A stretch of DNA of 39,118 bases, taken from NCBI GenBank assembly GCA_947037905.1, contig CAMQUX010000001.1, positions 1 to 39,118 on the forward strand. Reading direction: 5' to 3'. The DNA comes from an uncultured Desulfovibrionaceae bacterium (lineage in GTDB: Bacteria; Desulfobacterota; Desulfovibrionia; Desulfovibrionales; Desulfovibrionaceae). The number at the start of each line of letters is the position of its first letter. Position 1 is the first letter of the stretch. The notes below the pieces were generated by a model. The model was not told where the DNA came from, ran no database searches, and worked only from the letters and a program-made list of their open reading frames with translations. Both the position numbers and the translations under genes were made by a program. This document shows positions 1 through 8,157 of this stretch, piece after piece.

Positions 1-151
1 GTAAGCAGTTTCCAAGCCCATCACAATAATCATCACGTAAAAGGGTCGCTTTCCCCTCTACCATTGTAATAGCGCCCTCATGGCACGCACGCACGCATTT
101 CTCACAGCCAATACATTTGTCGGCATCAATTTTTATTATTGTTCTAAGCAT
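1..151 (-). CDS. 4Fe-4S ferredoxin-domain protein, N-terminal fragment (gene continues past the left edge)
   Basis: Reverse-strand ATG at 151..149 is preceded by an AAGGA Shine-Dalgarno. The translation MLRTIIKIDADKCIGCEKCVRACHEGAITMVEGKATLLRDDYCDGLGNCL carries the CxxCxxCxxxC cluster motif. It is truncated, so it is absent from the ORF track. Confidence 0.6.
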   Translation of the reverse strand, partial: MLRTIIKIDADKCIGCEKCVRACHEGAITMVEGKATLLRDDYCDGLGNCL

Positions 152-466
152 TGTATATCCTTTTTATTTTAGGTGTTGGTGAAAGAAAGTTCTGCTAAAT
201 GAATATAAGAACATTATTGTAAGTATAGCATAAAATTATAAAGTACAGCGAGAGTTTATATAATTCTTAAATGAATGAAAATTATTATTATAATACAGGC
301 TAGAATAAAATGAAATTTTTAAATAGGAAGATTCTACTAAATAAAATAACAGATAATCAGCAGTAGTACTAAAGAGCTAAAATAGAAAGATGTTAAATTG
401 AAAATCTAAAATAGAAAGAAGCAGAATGAATAGATGTAAAGTTAATAAATTAAAAATCGAAGTTAT

Positions 467-504
467 AAAAAAGAAAGAGCAGGAAAACCTACTCTTTCTT
501 TTTT
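467..504 (-). terminator. Rho-independent-type hairpin downstream of rny
   Basis: A 13-bp inverted repeat, aaaaaagaaagag (467..479) / ctctttctttttt (492..504), encloses a 12-nt loop. It lies 60 nt beyond the rny stop. A/T runs on both flanks mean it could work in either direction. Confidence 0.55.
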
Positions 505-563
505 ATAATTTATAATTCTTTATAATTTCAAATCACTTCGTTAAATAGAAAGATATTTATATG

Positions 564-2138
564 CTATTTTGCAAATTCAGTGGCTCTTTTTTCACGTAAA
601 AGAGTTACTTTTATTTGTCCAGGATAGGTTAAGTTTTCTTCTATTTGTTTTGCTATGTCTTTACAAATAACATGTGTTTGCTCATCAGAAATAAACTCAG
701 CATCAACAAGTACACGAATTTCACGTCCTGCTTGTATTGCGTATGCTTTTGTAACACCTTCAAAACTTGTTGCAATGCCTTCTAAGTTTTCAAGACGCTT
801 TACATAGTTTTCTAAAAGTTCTTTTCTTGCACCAGGTCTTGCACCAGAAAGAGAATCTGCTGCTTGCACAAGGTGTGCATAAATAGTGTCTTGTGGAACA
901 TCTTCATGGTGAGAGCCGATAGCGTTTATGATATCTTTTGTTTCACCATATTTCTTGGCAATATCTGCACCAATAAGAGCATGTGGACCTTCAACTTCAT
1001 GATCAACTGCTTTACCAATATCATGTAGTAGCCCCGCACGTTTTGCTTTTTTCTCATCAAGTCCAAGTTCTGCAGCCATAATGCCACAAAGAAATGCTAC
1101 CTCTAATGAGTGCTGTAGCACGTTTTGAGAGAAACTTGTGCGGTATTGTAATTGTCCTAAAAGTTTTGCAATTTCAGGATGTATTCCATGCACACCTACA
1201 TCAAAAGTAGCCTGTTCGCCTACTTCACGTAGTTTAATATCAAGCTCTTCTTCTACCTTATGCACAACATCTTCAATGCGTGCTGGGTGAATTCGTCCGT
1301 CATGTATAAGTCTTTCAAGTGCCTGTTTGGCAACTTCTCTTCGAAGTGGATTGTAAGCAGAAAGCACAACTGTCTCTGGTGTATCATCGATTATAAAATC
1401 AACTCCAGTAGCTGCTTCTAAAGCACGAATATTTCGTCCTTCGCGTCCAATAATGCGTCCTTTCATTTCTTCAGAAGGAAGCGCAACAGCGGTAACTGTT
1501 TGCTCACCAACAAATTCACCTGCATAACGCTGTACAGCTAAAGCTAAAATTTCTTTTGCTTTGCGTGTTGCTGTTTCTTTTGCTTCTGTTTCAATAGTAC
1601 GAATCATTTTTGCCGCTTCATGGCGAGTGCGGTTTTCAATTTCTTTAAGAATCTGGTCTTTTGCTTCTTCTTGCGTAAAACCAGAAATAGAAGCAAGTAC
1701 TGCGTCTTGTTCTTGTATTTTAACTTCTAAATCTTCTTCTAATTTTTCAACTTTCTTTTCTTGCTGAATAAGTTTCTTTTCAAACTGATTAGTTTCAGAT
1801 TCTTTTAAAGAAACTTTTTCGAGTTTTTGCTCAAGTCGTTCTTCTTTTTCTTGTAAACGTTCTTCTTGTTTTTTGAGATTATGCTCTTTTTGGCGACAAT
1901 CTTTTTCTAATTCTTTGTATTCACGGTCTTGCTGCTGTTTTAAAGCATAAAGCTCATCTTTTGCTTGAATACGACTTTCTTTTTTTATAGACTCAGCTTC
2001 TTTTCTCGATTCAGAAACTATGCGATCTGCAAGCATTTGCGCATCAGTAGCTTTTTTCTTTGCTATATATTGACTAAGAGCAATACTAACTACAGATCCG
2101 AGAATAGCTGCACCAATAGCAGTTATTAATATATACAC
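564..2138 (-). CDS. rny: Ribonuclease Y
   Basis: 524 aa with an N-terminal TM helix ([21 protein letters not shown]) and a long K/E-rich coiled coil. It has a KH domain ([26 protein letters not shown]) and an HD domain ([17 protein letters not shown]...LLHDIGKA). This is the canonical RNase Y architecture. Confidence 0.95.
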   Translation of the reverse strand: MYILITAIGAAILGSVVSIALSQYIAKKKATDAQMLADRIVSESRKEAESIKKESRIQAKDELYALKQQQDREYKELEKDCRQKEHNLKKQEERLQEKEERLEQKLEKVSLKESETNQFEKKLIQQEKKVEKLEEDLEVKIQEQDAVLASISGFTQEEAKDQILKEIENRTRHEAAKMIRTIETEAKETATRKAKEILALAVQRYAGEFVGEQTVTAVALPSEEMKGRIIGREGRNIRALEAATGVDFIIDDTPETVVLSAYNPLRREVAKQALERLIHDGRIHPARIEDVVHKVEEELDIKLREVGEQATFDVGVHGIHPEIAKLLGQLQYRTSFSQNVLQHSLEVAFLCGIMAAELGLDEKKAKRAGLLHDIGKAVDHEVEGPHALIGADIAKKYGETKDIINAIGSHHEDVPQDTIYAHLVQAADSLSGARPGARKELLENYVKRLENLEGIATSFEGVTKAYAIQAGREIRVLVDAEFISDEQTHVICKDIAKQIEENLTYPGQIKVTLLREKRATEFAK

Positions 2139-2287
2139 GATAAACTCCTTAAATGTATGAAAATGTGAAAGAATAATTAAAAAAATTACGCATTCACTTT
2201 GATTTTTATAATTAAAGATACATCAAAAATCGCATACTTAAAAGGAAAAAAAGGAAAAAAATGATTCTTTTTTGCTTGCAGAAGATT

Positions 2288-2490
2288 TGGGAAAGGAAAA
2301 GTAGAGGATATATAAACCCAAAAAGGCGTGTCATCAGTAGCTTTGAACCTCTTTAATAGAGGTTGGACCAAAATCGTTACCCTTCAGGCTTCCTAACTAA
2401 ATTAGGCTTGCACACCAAGTAACTGGAACTCAGTCCTGTTCGAATATATTGGCTCAATAGCTGTGTTTGACAATCACAACCTTTCCAGGA
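2288..2490 (-). ncRNA. ssrS: Candidate 6S RNA (structured RNA island); boundaries approximate
   Basis: About 200 nt, clearly more GC-rich than the flanking AT-rich spacer, with no credible ORF. The ends can pair (ggaaagg 2290..2296 with cctttcc 2480..2486). There is a near-central hairpin, cctaa/ttagg, at 2391..2405 and a side hairpin, aacctct/agaggtt, at 2346..2364. It sits just downstream of a zapB-like ORF, a position where ssrS is often found. The strand was inferred from the neighbouring genes. Confidence 0.4.
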
Positions 2491-2531
2491 AAATAAATTG
2501 AATAAACTTTATTTAAATATATAAATATGAT

Positions 2532-2702
2532 TTATTTTTCTTGTACTTTTTCTAATAAAGATTCAAGCCGTAAGTCCTTGTTTTTTTGAACAAGCTCAAG
2601 GTCGTGAATTTCTGCTTTTAGCAAGGAATTTTCTTTTTCTAATTCTTTCACTTGGAGGAATAATTCTTCCAATTTTAATTCAAGTTGCATTATTGCATCC
2701 AT
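2532..2702 (-). CDS. Small coiled-coil protein, ZapB-like (56 aa)
   Basis: My own translation of the reverse strand gives MDAIMQLELKLEELFLQVKELEKENSLLKAEIHDLELVQKNKDLRLESLLEKVQEK. It has heptad-like L/E/K periodicity typical of ZapB-family division proteins. It starts 57 nt downstream of glmU on the same strand. It is below the ORF-track size cutoff and has a weak SD. Confidence 0.5.
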   Translation of the reverse strand: MDAIMQLELKLEELFLQVKELEKENSLLKAEIHDLELVQKNKDLRLESLLEKVQEK

Positions 2703-2758
2703 ATTTTTAAACTACTCTTATTTTTGTAAAAAGTCAACGGCTGCTTTCTGTTTACGAG

Positions 2759-4135
2759 TTACTTTCTAGGGATATTTTTTTGCTCTGCACGAGTGATAGC
2801 AAGGTGATTGTCTGGCACATCATTTGTAATGACAGAACCAGCTCCGATGCGGGTATTTTCGCCAATAATAACTGGCGCTACAAGAGATGAGTTACTACCG
2901 ATGAAAGCGCCTTTTTTTATAACTGTTTTGCTTTTATTATTTCCATCGTAATTACACGTTATGGTTCCTGCGCCAATATTGACATCTGTTTCTAAAGTTG
3001 AATCGCCAATATAGCTGAAATGATTCACTTTTGACCCTTTACCGATGTTTGATTTTTTTATTTCTACAAAATTTCCTATTTTCGCATCTTCTGCTAAAAT
3101 GCTCTCAGGGCGAAGACGTGCATATGGTCCTACTGAACAGTTATTCTCTAGTTTTGCATCATGCAAATGGCTAAAAGAATCTATGGTACAGTTTTTTTCT
3201 ATTATACAATTTTCTATGTGACAATGCGATGATATAGTACAAGCTGATGATATTTGTGTGTTTCCATATATTTCGCAAGGACCAAAAATATGCACACCTG
3301 CTGCAATTTGCACATGGGGCGCTATGCGCACTTGCTCTTTTTGGTGAATGAAAACATTATTAGCTAGATGTTTTTCTATAATCTCTTTTTGTAAAATTTC
3401 CTCTGCAAATATAAGCTCTTTAGGAGAATTAATGCCAAGTAGTGCTGCACTTTCTTCACAAACAATACCATCTACTTGCATATTTTTTTGGGCAGCATGC
3501 CCAATGAGGTCGGTGATATAATATTCGCCGTTTTTATTTTTATTTTCTAACTGAAAGAGAATATCCTCAAGACATGCCGTTTTTAATAAGTAAATTCCTG
3601 CATTTATCTCACCACTTGGTTTTTGGTATATATTTTCATCATAGTCTTTTGCTTCGATAATTGCCTGTAGTTTATTATTTTTTCGCACAACTCGTCCAAA
3701 TGCTGCTACATCTTTTAGAACAGTTGTGATGAAAGTGATATCTAATTGCGGAAGTTTTTTAAAGGATTCTTCCATGAAAAATTCGAGAATATCTTGCGTA
3801 ATAAGTGGCGTATCTCCGTTTATTACAAGACAATATTTTGCTTTGCTCCCACGTATTTTATCCCAAGAACACTGCAGAGCATGCCCTGTTCCTAATTGTT
3901 CGTTTTGTAAAATAAAATTTTCTGCTGTTTTGTGGGAGAATTTTTTTTCTATATCTTCTGCCTTATGCCCTATTACAGTAAATATATTTTCCTCTGGCAA
4001 AAAATGAAGCGCAGAGTAGATATAATCGAGCATAGGGGTGGCTAATAGCTCTTGTAGCACTTTTGGTTTTTCAGAGTGCATACGTGTGCCTTTTCCAGCG
4101 GCTAAAATAAGAACGCAAACATCAGCATAATTCAT
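2759..4135 (-). CDS. glmU: Bifunctional UDP-N-acetylglucosamine pyrophosphorylase / glucosamine-1-phosphate N-acetyltransferase
   Basis: 458 aa with the N-terminal nucleotidyltransferase motif LILAAGKGTRMHSEKPKVL. The C-terminal left-handed beta-helix shows hexapeptide repeats (IGAGTITCNYDG, IGSNSSLVAPVIIG). Confidence 0.93.
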   Translation of the reverse strand: MNYADVCVLILAAGKGTRMHSEKPKVLQELLATPMLDYIYSALHFLPEENIFTVIGHKAEDIEKKFSHKTAENFILQNEQLGTGHALQCSWDKIRGSKAKYCLVINGDTPLITQDILEFFMEESFKKLPQLDITFITTVLKDVAAFGRVVRKNNKLQAIIEAKDYDENIYQKPSGEINAGIYLLKTACLEDILFQLENKNKNGEYYITDLIGHAAQKNMQVDGIVCEESAALLGINSPKELIFAEEILQKEIIEKHLANNVFIHQKEQVRIAPHVQIAAGVHIFGPCEIYGNTQISSACTISSHCHIENCIIEKNCTIDSFSHLHDAKLENNCSVGPYARLRPESILAEDAKIGNFVEIKKSNIGKGSKVNHFSYIGDSTLETDVNIGAGTITCNYDGNNKSKTVIKKGAFIGSNSSLVAPVIIGENTRIGAGSVITNDVPDNHLAITRAEQKNIPRK

Positions 4136-4812
4136 GTGTTTTCCTTTTACTTATATGACAGTAGCCTCTATATCATAAAAAAGAGTTTGATATAGTAAGT
4201 ATAGAAGCGAGTTTCTTGTATGCTACAAGTGAATTTGTATTATCTTCTTAAAACAAGATTTTTCCGTTTGTAGATAATTTTTTATCTTTGCTATTCTTTA
4301 TAAGTATTTTTACGGTTTTTAATTCTTCAACAAAGATATTTAAACAAAGACATTTTAACAAAAGTTATTAAAAAAAAACTTTAAAAAAATTCCTTAATAA
4401 AGATACAATAATATAAAGGGAATTCTAAAAAAATGCAATTAACAAAAATAATGGGAATATTTTATATGATTTCTGCTGTTAGTTCTATGTAGTAAGTATT
4501 GTGAATAATTGTCATTTTTAAATAATCAGTAAGTATTATAGCTTTTTAAAATTAGTTAATTAGGAATAAAAAATTGCTTCTTTTTCTTGCTCTATGCAAA
4601 GTATTTTTTTTTTGCTATTCTCTTTATACGCATTTAAGTTTTTTTATATCATTAACCAAAACTTTTAATTCATTTACTGAACTTTTTTATAAAGTATAAA
4701 AAATATAACCTGCACGAATTTTTTTGTGCATTTAGATGTATAATAGTTTTAATAATAGCAGCTTAAGCTTATAAATAATAAGCTCGTGTAAAATAATTTG
4801 ATGGAAGGTTTT

Positions 4813-5805
4813 ATGAAAATACTTATTTTAGGAACTGGTGCTTTTGGAACAGCTTTAGGCTCAAGTTTTGCCTCTAAAGGCTTAAATGTTCTTTTGCTCG
4901 GAAGAAAAAAAGAATTAACAGAAGAAATAAATACGCAACATCGTAATTCTAAATATCTCCCAAATGTTTCACTTTCTGCGAAGCTACAAGCAACAACAGA
5001 TATAGCAGAAGCATTTAAAGGGCGAAAAATAATCATCTCCGCACTTCCCTCACAAAAAACACGTGAAACTCTTGAAAAATATAAGCAGTATCTCGAGCCA
5101 AATAGTTATATTGTTTGTGTCAGCAAGGGAATAGAGCAAGAAAGCTTATACTTTATGTCGCAAGTTTTTGAGGAAGTATTAAAAGATATTCCCTTTAAAT
5201 ATGCGATTCTTTCAGGTCCAAGTTTTGCTGCAGAGCTTGCAAAAGAGCTTCCAACCTATGTAGTACTTGCTTCAAAAGAAGAAGAAACAGCATGTTTTTT
5301 ACAAGAAATACTCAACACGCCTTCTTTAAGAGTATACACAAGCACCGATGTATTAGGCGTTGAACTTGGCGGGGCAGGTAAAAATGTTATAGCACTTGTT
5401 GCAGGTTGTAGCGAAGGCTTATCTTACGGATTAAATACGCAGGCTGCAATTATCACACGTGGTCTTGCAGAGCTTGCAAGAATGGGCAAATGCCTGAACG
5501 CAAAACAGGAAACTTTTGCGGGCTTATCTGGTTTAGGAGATTTATCACTAACCTGCACAGGCAATCTATCAAGAAACCGCAGTGTAGGCATTCGCTTAGG
5601 ACAAGGCGAAACTTTAGAGCAAATAATGCAATCGACCCACTCAGTAGCGGAGGGCGTGCATACCTGTTTATCGTTATATCATTTGAGCCTGAAATATGAG
5701 GTGGAACTCCCAATGACACGAGAGCTGTACAAGGTTCTTTATGAAAAACAAGAACTTGCTTTAGGACTGCAAAATTTATGGCAGAGAAAACTCCGTCCAG
5801 AATAA
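4813..5805 (+). CDS. gpsA: NAD(P)H-dependent glycerol-3-phosphate dehydrogenase
   Basis: Rossmann N-terminus MKILILGTGAFGTALG, plus GPSFAAELA and GGAGKNVIALVAGCSEGL motifs. The track ORF opens at TTG 4798. I prefer ATG 4813, which is preceded by GGAAGG. Confidence 0.9.
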   Translation: MKILILGTGAFGTALGSSFASKGLNVLLLGRKKELTEEINTQHRNSKYLPNVSLSAKLQATTDIAEAFKGRKIIISALPSQKTRETLEKYKQYLEPNSYIVCVSKGIEQESLYFMSQVFEEVLKDIPFKYAILSGPSFAAELAKELPTYVVLASKEEETACFLQEILNTPSLRVYTSTDVLGVELGGAGKNVIALVAGCSEGLSYGLNTQAAIITRGLAELARMGKCLNAKQETFAGLSGLGDLSLTCTGNLSRNRSVGIRLGQGETLEQIMQSTHSVAEGVHTCLSLYHLSLKYEVELPMTRELYKVLYEKQELALGLQNLWQRKLRPE

Positions 5806-5832
5806 GGTGTGTTAGCTCGCTTGTATGAGTAT

Positions 5833-5975
5833 AAAATCTCACTCGCAAAAAAAAAATCTTACTGGTGAAAATCTAGCTAACGAAAATCTCACTCGCAAAA
5901 AAATCGCTGGCGAAAAGCTAGCTAGCGAAAATCTAGCTAGCTTATAAAAACTCACTCATAAAAAATCTCGTATAT
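5833..5975. repeat. Array of degenerate ~13-15-nt GAAAATCTnGCTnGC-like repeats
   Basis: An exact 21-mer, aaaatctcactcgcaaaaaaa, occurs at 5833..5853 and 5883..5903. An exact 13-mer, gaaaatctagcta, occurs at 5867..5879 and 5927..5939. A tandem 15-mer, cgaaaa[g/t]ctagctag, occurs at 5911..5925 and 5926..5940. Further degenerate copies extend to ~5975. Confidence 0.7.
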
Positions 5976-6138
5976 AAAAAATGGGACGAGTTAAAAAGTA
6001 GATTGAGAAGTATCGGGTAATATTTAAAAAAAATGAGACTTACGAGCAATCATACAATATTCAAAAAACTAGCAGATAAAAACAATAAATAAAAATATAA
6101 CTATAAAAAATTAAAACTGAAAAGATTAATGAGGGCAT

Positions 6139-7293
6139 ATGAAAGAGCAAACAGTATACTTTATTGAAGGTGATGGAATAGGGCAAGAAGTAAGCACAGC
6201 TGCACGTATAGTATTAGATAGTGCAGTGGAAAAAGCTTATAAAGGCAGCAAAAAACTTATTTGGAAAGAACTTTTAGCGGGCGAGAAAGCGTTAAAAGAA
6301 AAGGGAACGCATCTTCCAGAAGAAACACTCGCAGCCTTAGCGGGCGCAGAAGTTGCGCTAAAAGGACCACTAACAACACCAGTAGGAACAGGTATTCGCA
6401 GCCTAAACGTAACTTTACGCCAAGCTTTTGATTTATATGCCTGTATTCGCCCAATTAGATATTATGAAGGCGTAGCTTCACCAGTAAAAGCGCCAGAAAA
6501 AATAAACATGGTTATTTTTCGTGAGAATGTAGAAGATGTTTATATGGGTATAGAATGGGCGTCTTGCACACCTGAGGCGAAAAAACTCATAACTTTTATA
6601 AAAGAAGAGCTAGGCAAAGAAATTTCAATGGAAGCAGCCATTGGTTTAAAGCCAATGACTCCAAAGGGAAGCACTCGTTTAATAAAAAGTGCAATAGAAT
6701 ATGCGCTAAGAGAAAATCGCCGAAGCGTAACCCTTGTGCATAAGGGAAATATCATGAAATGCACAGAGGGTGCGTTTCGTAATTTAGGTTATGAGCTTGC
6801 AGAAAAAAGTTACGCAAGCGAGATTATGACAGAAAAAGAAGCACAAAGTGGAATGAGTAAAAAACTCCTTTTAAATGATAGAATAGCAGATGCTATGTTT
6901 CAAGAGGCGCTTATTTATCCTGAAAAATACGATGTGCTTGCAACAAGTAATTTAAACGGCGATTATTTATCAGACGCACTAGCTGCACAAGTTGGCGGGC
7001 TAGGACTTGCTCCTGGTGTGAATATGGGCGAAAAACTAGCAATATTTGAGGCAACTCATGGAACTGCTCCGAATATGGTAGGAAAAGATATGGCAAATCC
7101 GTGTAGTATTATATTATCGGGCGCGATGCTTTTAAAACATGTAGATATGCCAGATGCTGGCGAGTTGATAGAAAAAGCAGTGGAGCAAGCCATCACAAAT
7201 AAAACAGTAACGCACGATTTAGCAAGTCAAATGAAAGATGCTAAAAGTCTTTCTTGTTCAGATTTCACAAAAGTTCTGCAGGATTTATTATAA
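6139..7293 (+). CDS. icd: NADP-dependent isocitrate dehydrogenase
   Basis: 384 aa with the isocitrate/isopropylmalate dehydrogenase signature NLNGDYLSDALAAQVGGLGLAPGVN. The substrate loop GTGIRSLNVTLRQ matches the Icd phospho-Ser loop context. A GAGGG SD precedes the ATG. Confidence 0.9.
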   Translation: MKEQTVYFIEGDGIGQEVSTAARIVLDSAVEKAYKGSKKLIWKELLAGEKALKEKGTHLPEETLAALAGAEVALKGPLTTPVGTGIRSLNVTLRQAFDLYACIRPIRYYEGVASPVKAPEKINMVIFRENVEDVYMGIEWASCTPEAKKLITFIKEELGKEISMEAAIGLKPMTPKGSTRLIKSAIEYALRENRRSVTLVHKGNIMKCTEGAFRNLGYELAEKSYASEIMTEKEAQSGMSKKLLLNDRIADAMFQEALIYPEKYDVLATSNLNGDYLSDALAAQVGGLGLAPGVNMGEKLAIFEATHGTAPNMVGKDMANPCSIILSGAMLLKHVDMPDAGELIEKAVEQAITNKTVTHDLASQMKDAKSLSCSDFTKVLQDLL

Positions 7294-7455
7294 TTTAAGA
7301 ATAACTAAAATAGTTCTTTATTTTCATTTGCAAAAAAACTTTTCAAAAAGAGCATCTTCATGTTTTTCTTTAAGAAAGTGAGATTAGTGCTAGACAAAAG
7401 CTAATAAAAATGTCAAAAGAATTCGTTGTAATGATAAAAAATGTTGGAGGAAACC

Positions 7456-7566
7456 ATGTCTCGTCATAAAAAAATCGAAAGAAAAAAAGAACTTGATCGT
7501 AAACGCAAACGCCGTTTAGAAGTATTAAAAGCACGTAAACGTGAAGCTATAGCAGCAAAAAAATAG
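7456..7566 (+). CDS. Small, highly basic protein (36 aa), function unknown
   Basis: Strong SD GGAGG at 7446..7450, five nt before ATG 7456. Translation is MSRHKKIERKKELDRKRKRRLEVLKARKREAIAAKK, with the stop at 7564..7566. It ends 19 nt before the FmdB-like gene. It is below the ORF-track cutoff. Confidence 0.45.
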   Translation: MSRHKKIERKKELDRKRKRRLEVLKARKREAIAAKK

Positions 7567-7585
7567 TATTTCTATAGAGGTTATT

Positions 7586-7963
7586 ATGCCAATTTACGAG
7601 TATGCATGTTCTGCTTGTAAAACTGTTTTCGAAGAATGGCAAAGCTCCTTTCAAGAACAAGAACAAAAGTGTCCACAATGTGGGCTGCTTTGCAAGCGGT
7701 TAATCTCTCAATCGGCTTTTCACCTAAAAGGTAGCGGCTGGTATGTGACAGATTATGCTAATTCGGGAGCAAAAGAAAATCCAAGTGTGGCAGCTGTGCA
7801 GGGCGAAACAAGCAGCTCAAGCGGCGAAGCTTCAGCTGTGCAAAGCGGTGCAGGCAGTTTAAGCGCAGACGCTTCAGCTGTGCAAAGCGGCGCAGGCCGT
7901 TCAAGTGCAGACGCTTCACCTAAAACAGATGTTGTAAGTGCTGAAAATGTATCTAAAAAGTAG
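7586..7963 (+). CDS. FmdB/CxxC_CxxC_SSSS family zinc-ribbon protein with a repetitive Ser/Ala-rich tail
   Basis: N-terminus MPIYEYACSACKTVFEEWQ...CPQCG, with two CxxC pairs, is the hallmark of the FmdB putative-regulator zinc ribbon. The C-terminal half is low complexity. Confidence 0.8.
   Translation: MPIYEYACSACKTVFEEWQSSFQEQEQKCPQCGLLCKRLISQSAFHLKGSGWYVTDYANSGAKENPSVAAVQGETSSSSGEASAVQSGAGSLSADASAVQSGAGRSSADASPKTDVVSAENVSKK
7829..7919 (+). repeat. In-frame 42-nt tandem duplication (2 copies plus a partial third) inside the FmdB-like gene
   Basis: Copy 1 (7829..7870) is gcttcagctgtgcaaagcggtgcaggcagtttaagcgcagac and copy 2 (7871..7912) is gcttcagctgtgcaaagcggcgcaggccgttcaagtgcagac. A partial gcttcac follows. 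The copies encode ASAVQSGAGSLSAD / ASAVQSGAGRSSAD. Confidence 0.9.
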
Positions 7964-8059
7964 ATAACACTCTCACAGATTAGCTTTATTTAAGTATTCT
8001 GTTTAAAGGAGAGTGTATGAAATGGTTACTTGCTACTTTTAGTTTAAAGTAAATATTTA

Positions 8060-8095
8060 GGCGATAGTAAGGTAACTTGTTGTTGCCTTTTTTTT
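8060..8095 (+). terminator. Rho-independent terminator after the FmdB-like gene
   Basis: ggcgatagtaag (8060..8071) pairs with cttgttgttgcc (8076..8087) as a 12-bp RNA stem, counting four G-U pairs. The loop is GUAA, and eight T follow at 8088..8095. Confidence 0.6.
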
Positions 8096-8157
8096 GTTAG
8101 GAATTTAAAAAATAGAATGAATTAGTTAGTCTAATTTTTTAAAATAATGAGGCAAGT

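Noticed and set aside
377-419. Recurring AAAATAGA-type words (14-mer ctaaaatagaaaga at 377 and 406; similar words at ~16838, 28097, 28199, 28261, 36471 and 36485) as a possible genome-wide regulatory motif.
   Set aside because: A rough composition estimate predicts several chance AAATAGA 7-mers per strand in a window this AT-rich, and more in A-rich spacers. It is not distinguishable from background without genome-wide statistics.
2186-2371. 61-aa track ORF on the minus strand.
   Set aside because: It has no SD and an implausible F/P-rich low-complexity translation. It overlaps the structured RNA candidate and the rny promoter region.
2436-2450. tRNA-like gttcgaa (T-loop-like) string.
   Set aside because: There are no complementary T-stem arms, no acceptor stem and no anticodon arm around it. 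It sits inside the longer 6S-like island.
4739-4744. Perfect TATAAT about 70 nt upstream of gpsA, and TTGACA boxes elsewhere, as promoters.
   Set aside because: There is no convincing partner -35 at 16-18 nt spacing. Such hexamers are frequent by chance in AT-rich spacers, so I did not report them as features. The exception is the TTGACA noted within the trp leader finding.
4749-5036. 95-aa ORF antisense to the gpsA start.
   Set aside because: It overlaps the strongly supported gpsA Rossmann N-terminus on the opposite strand.
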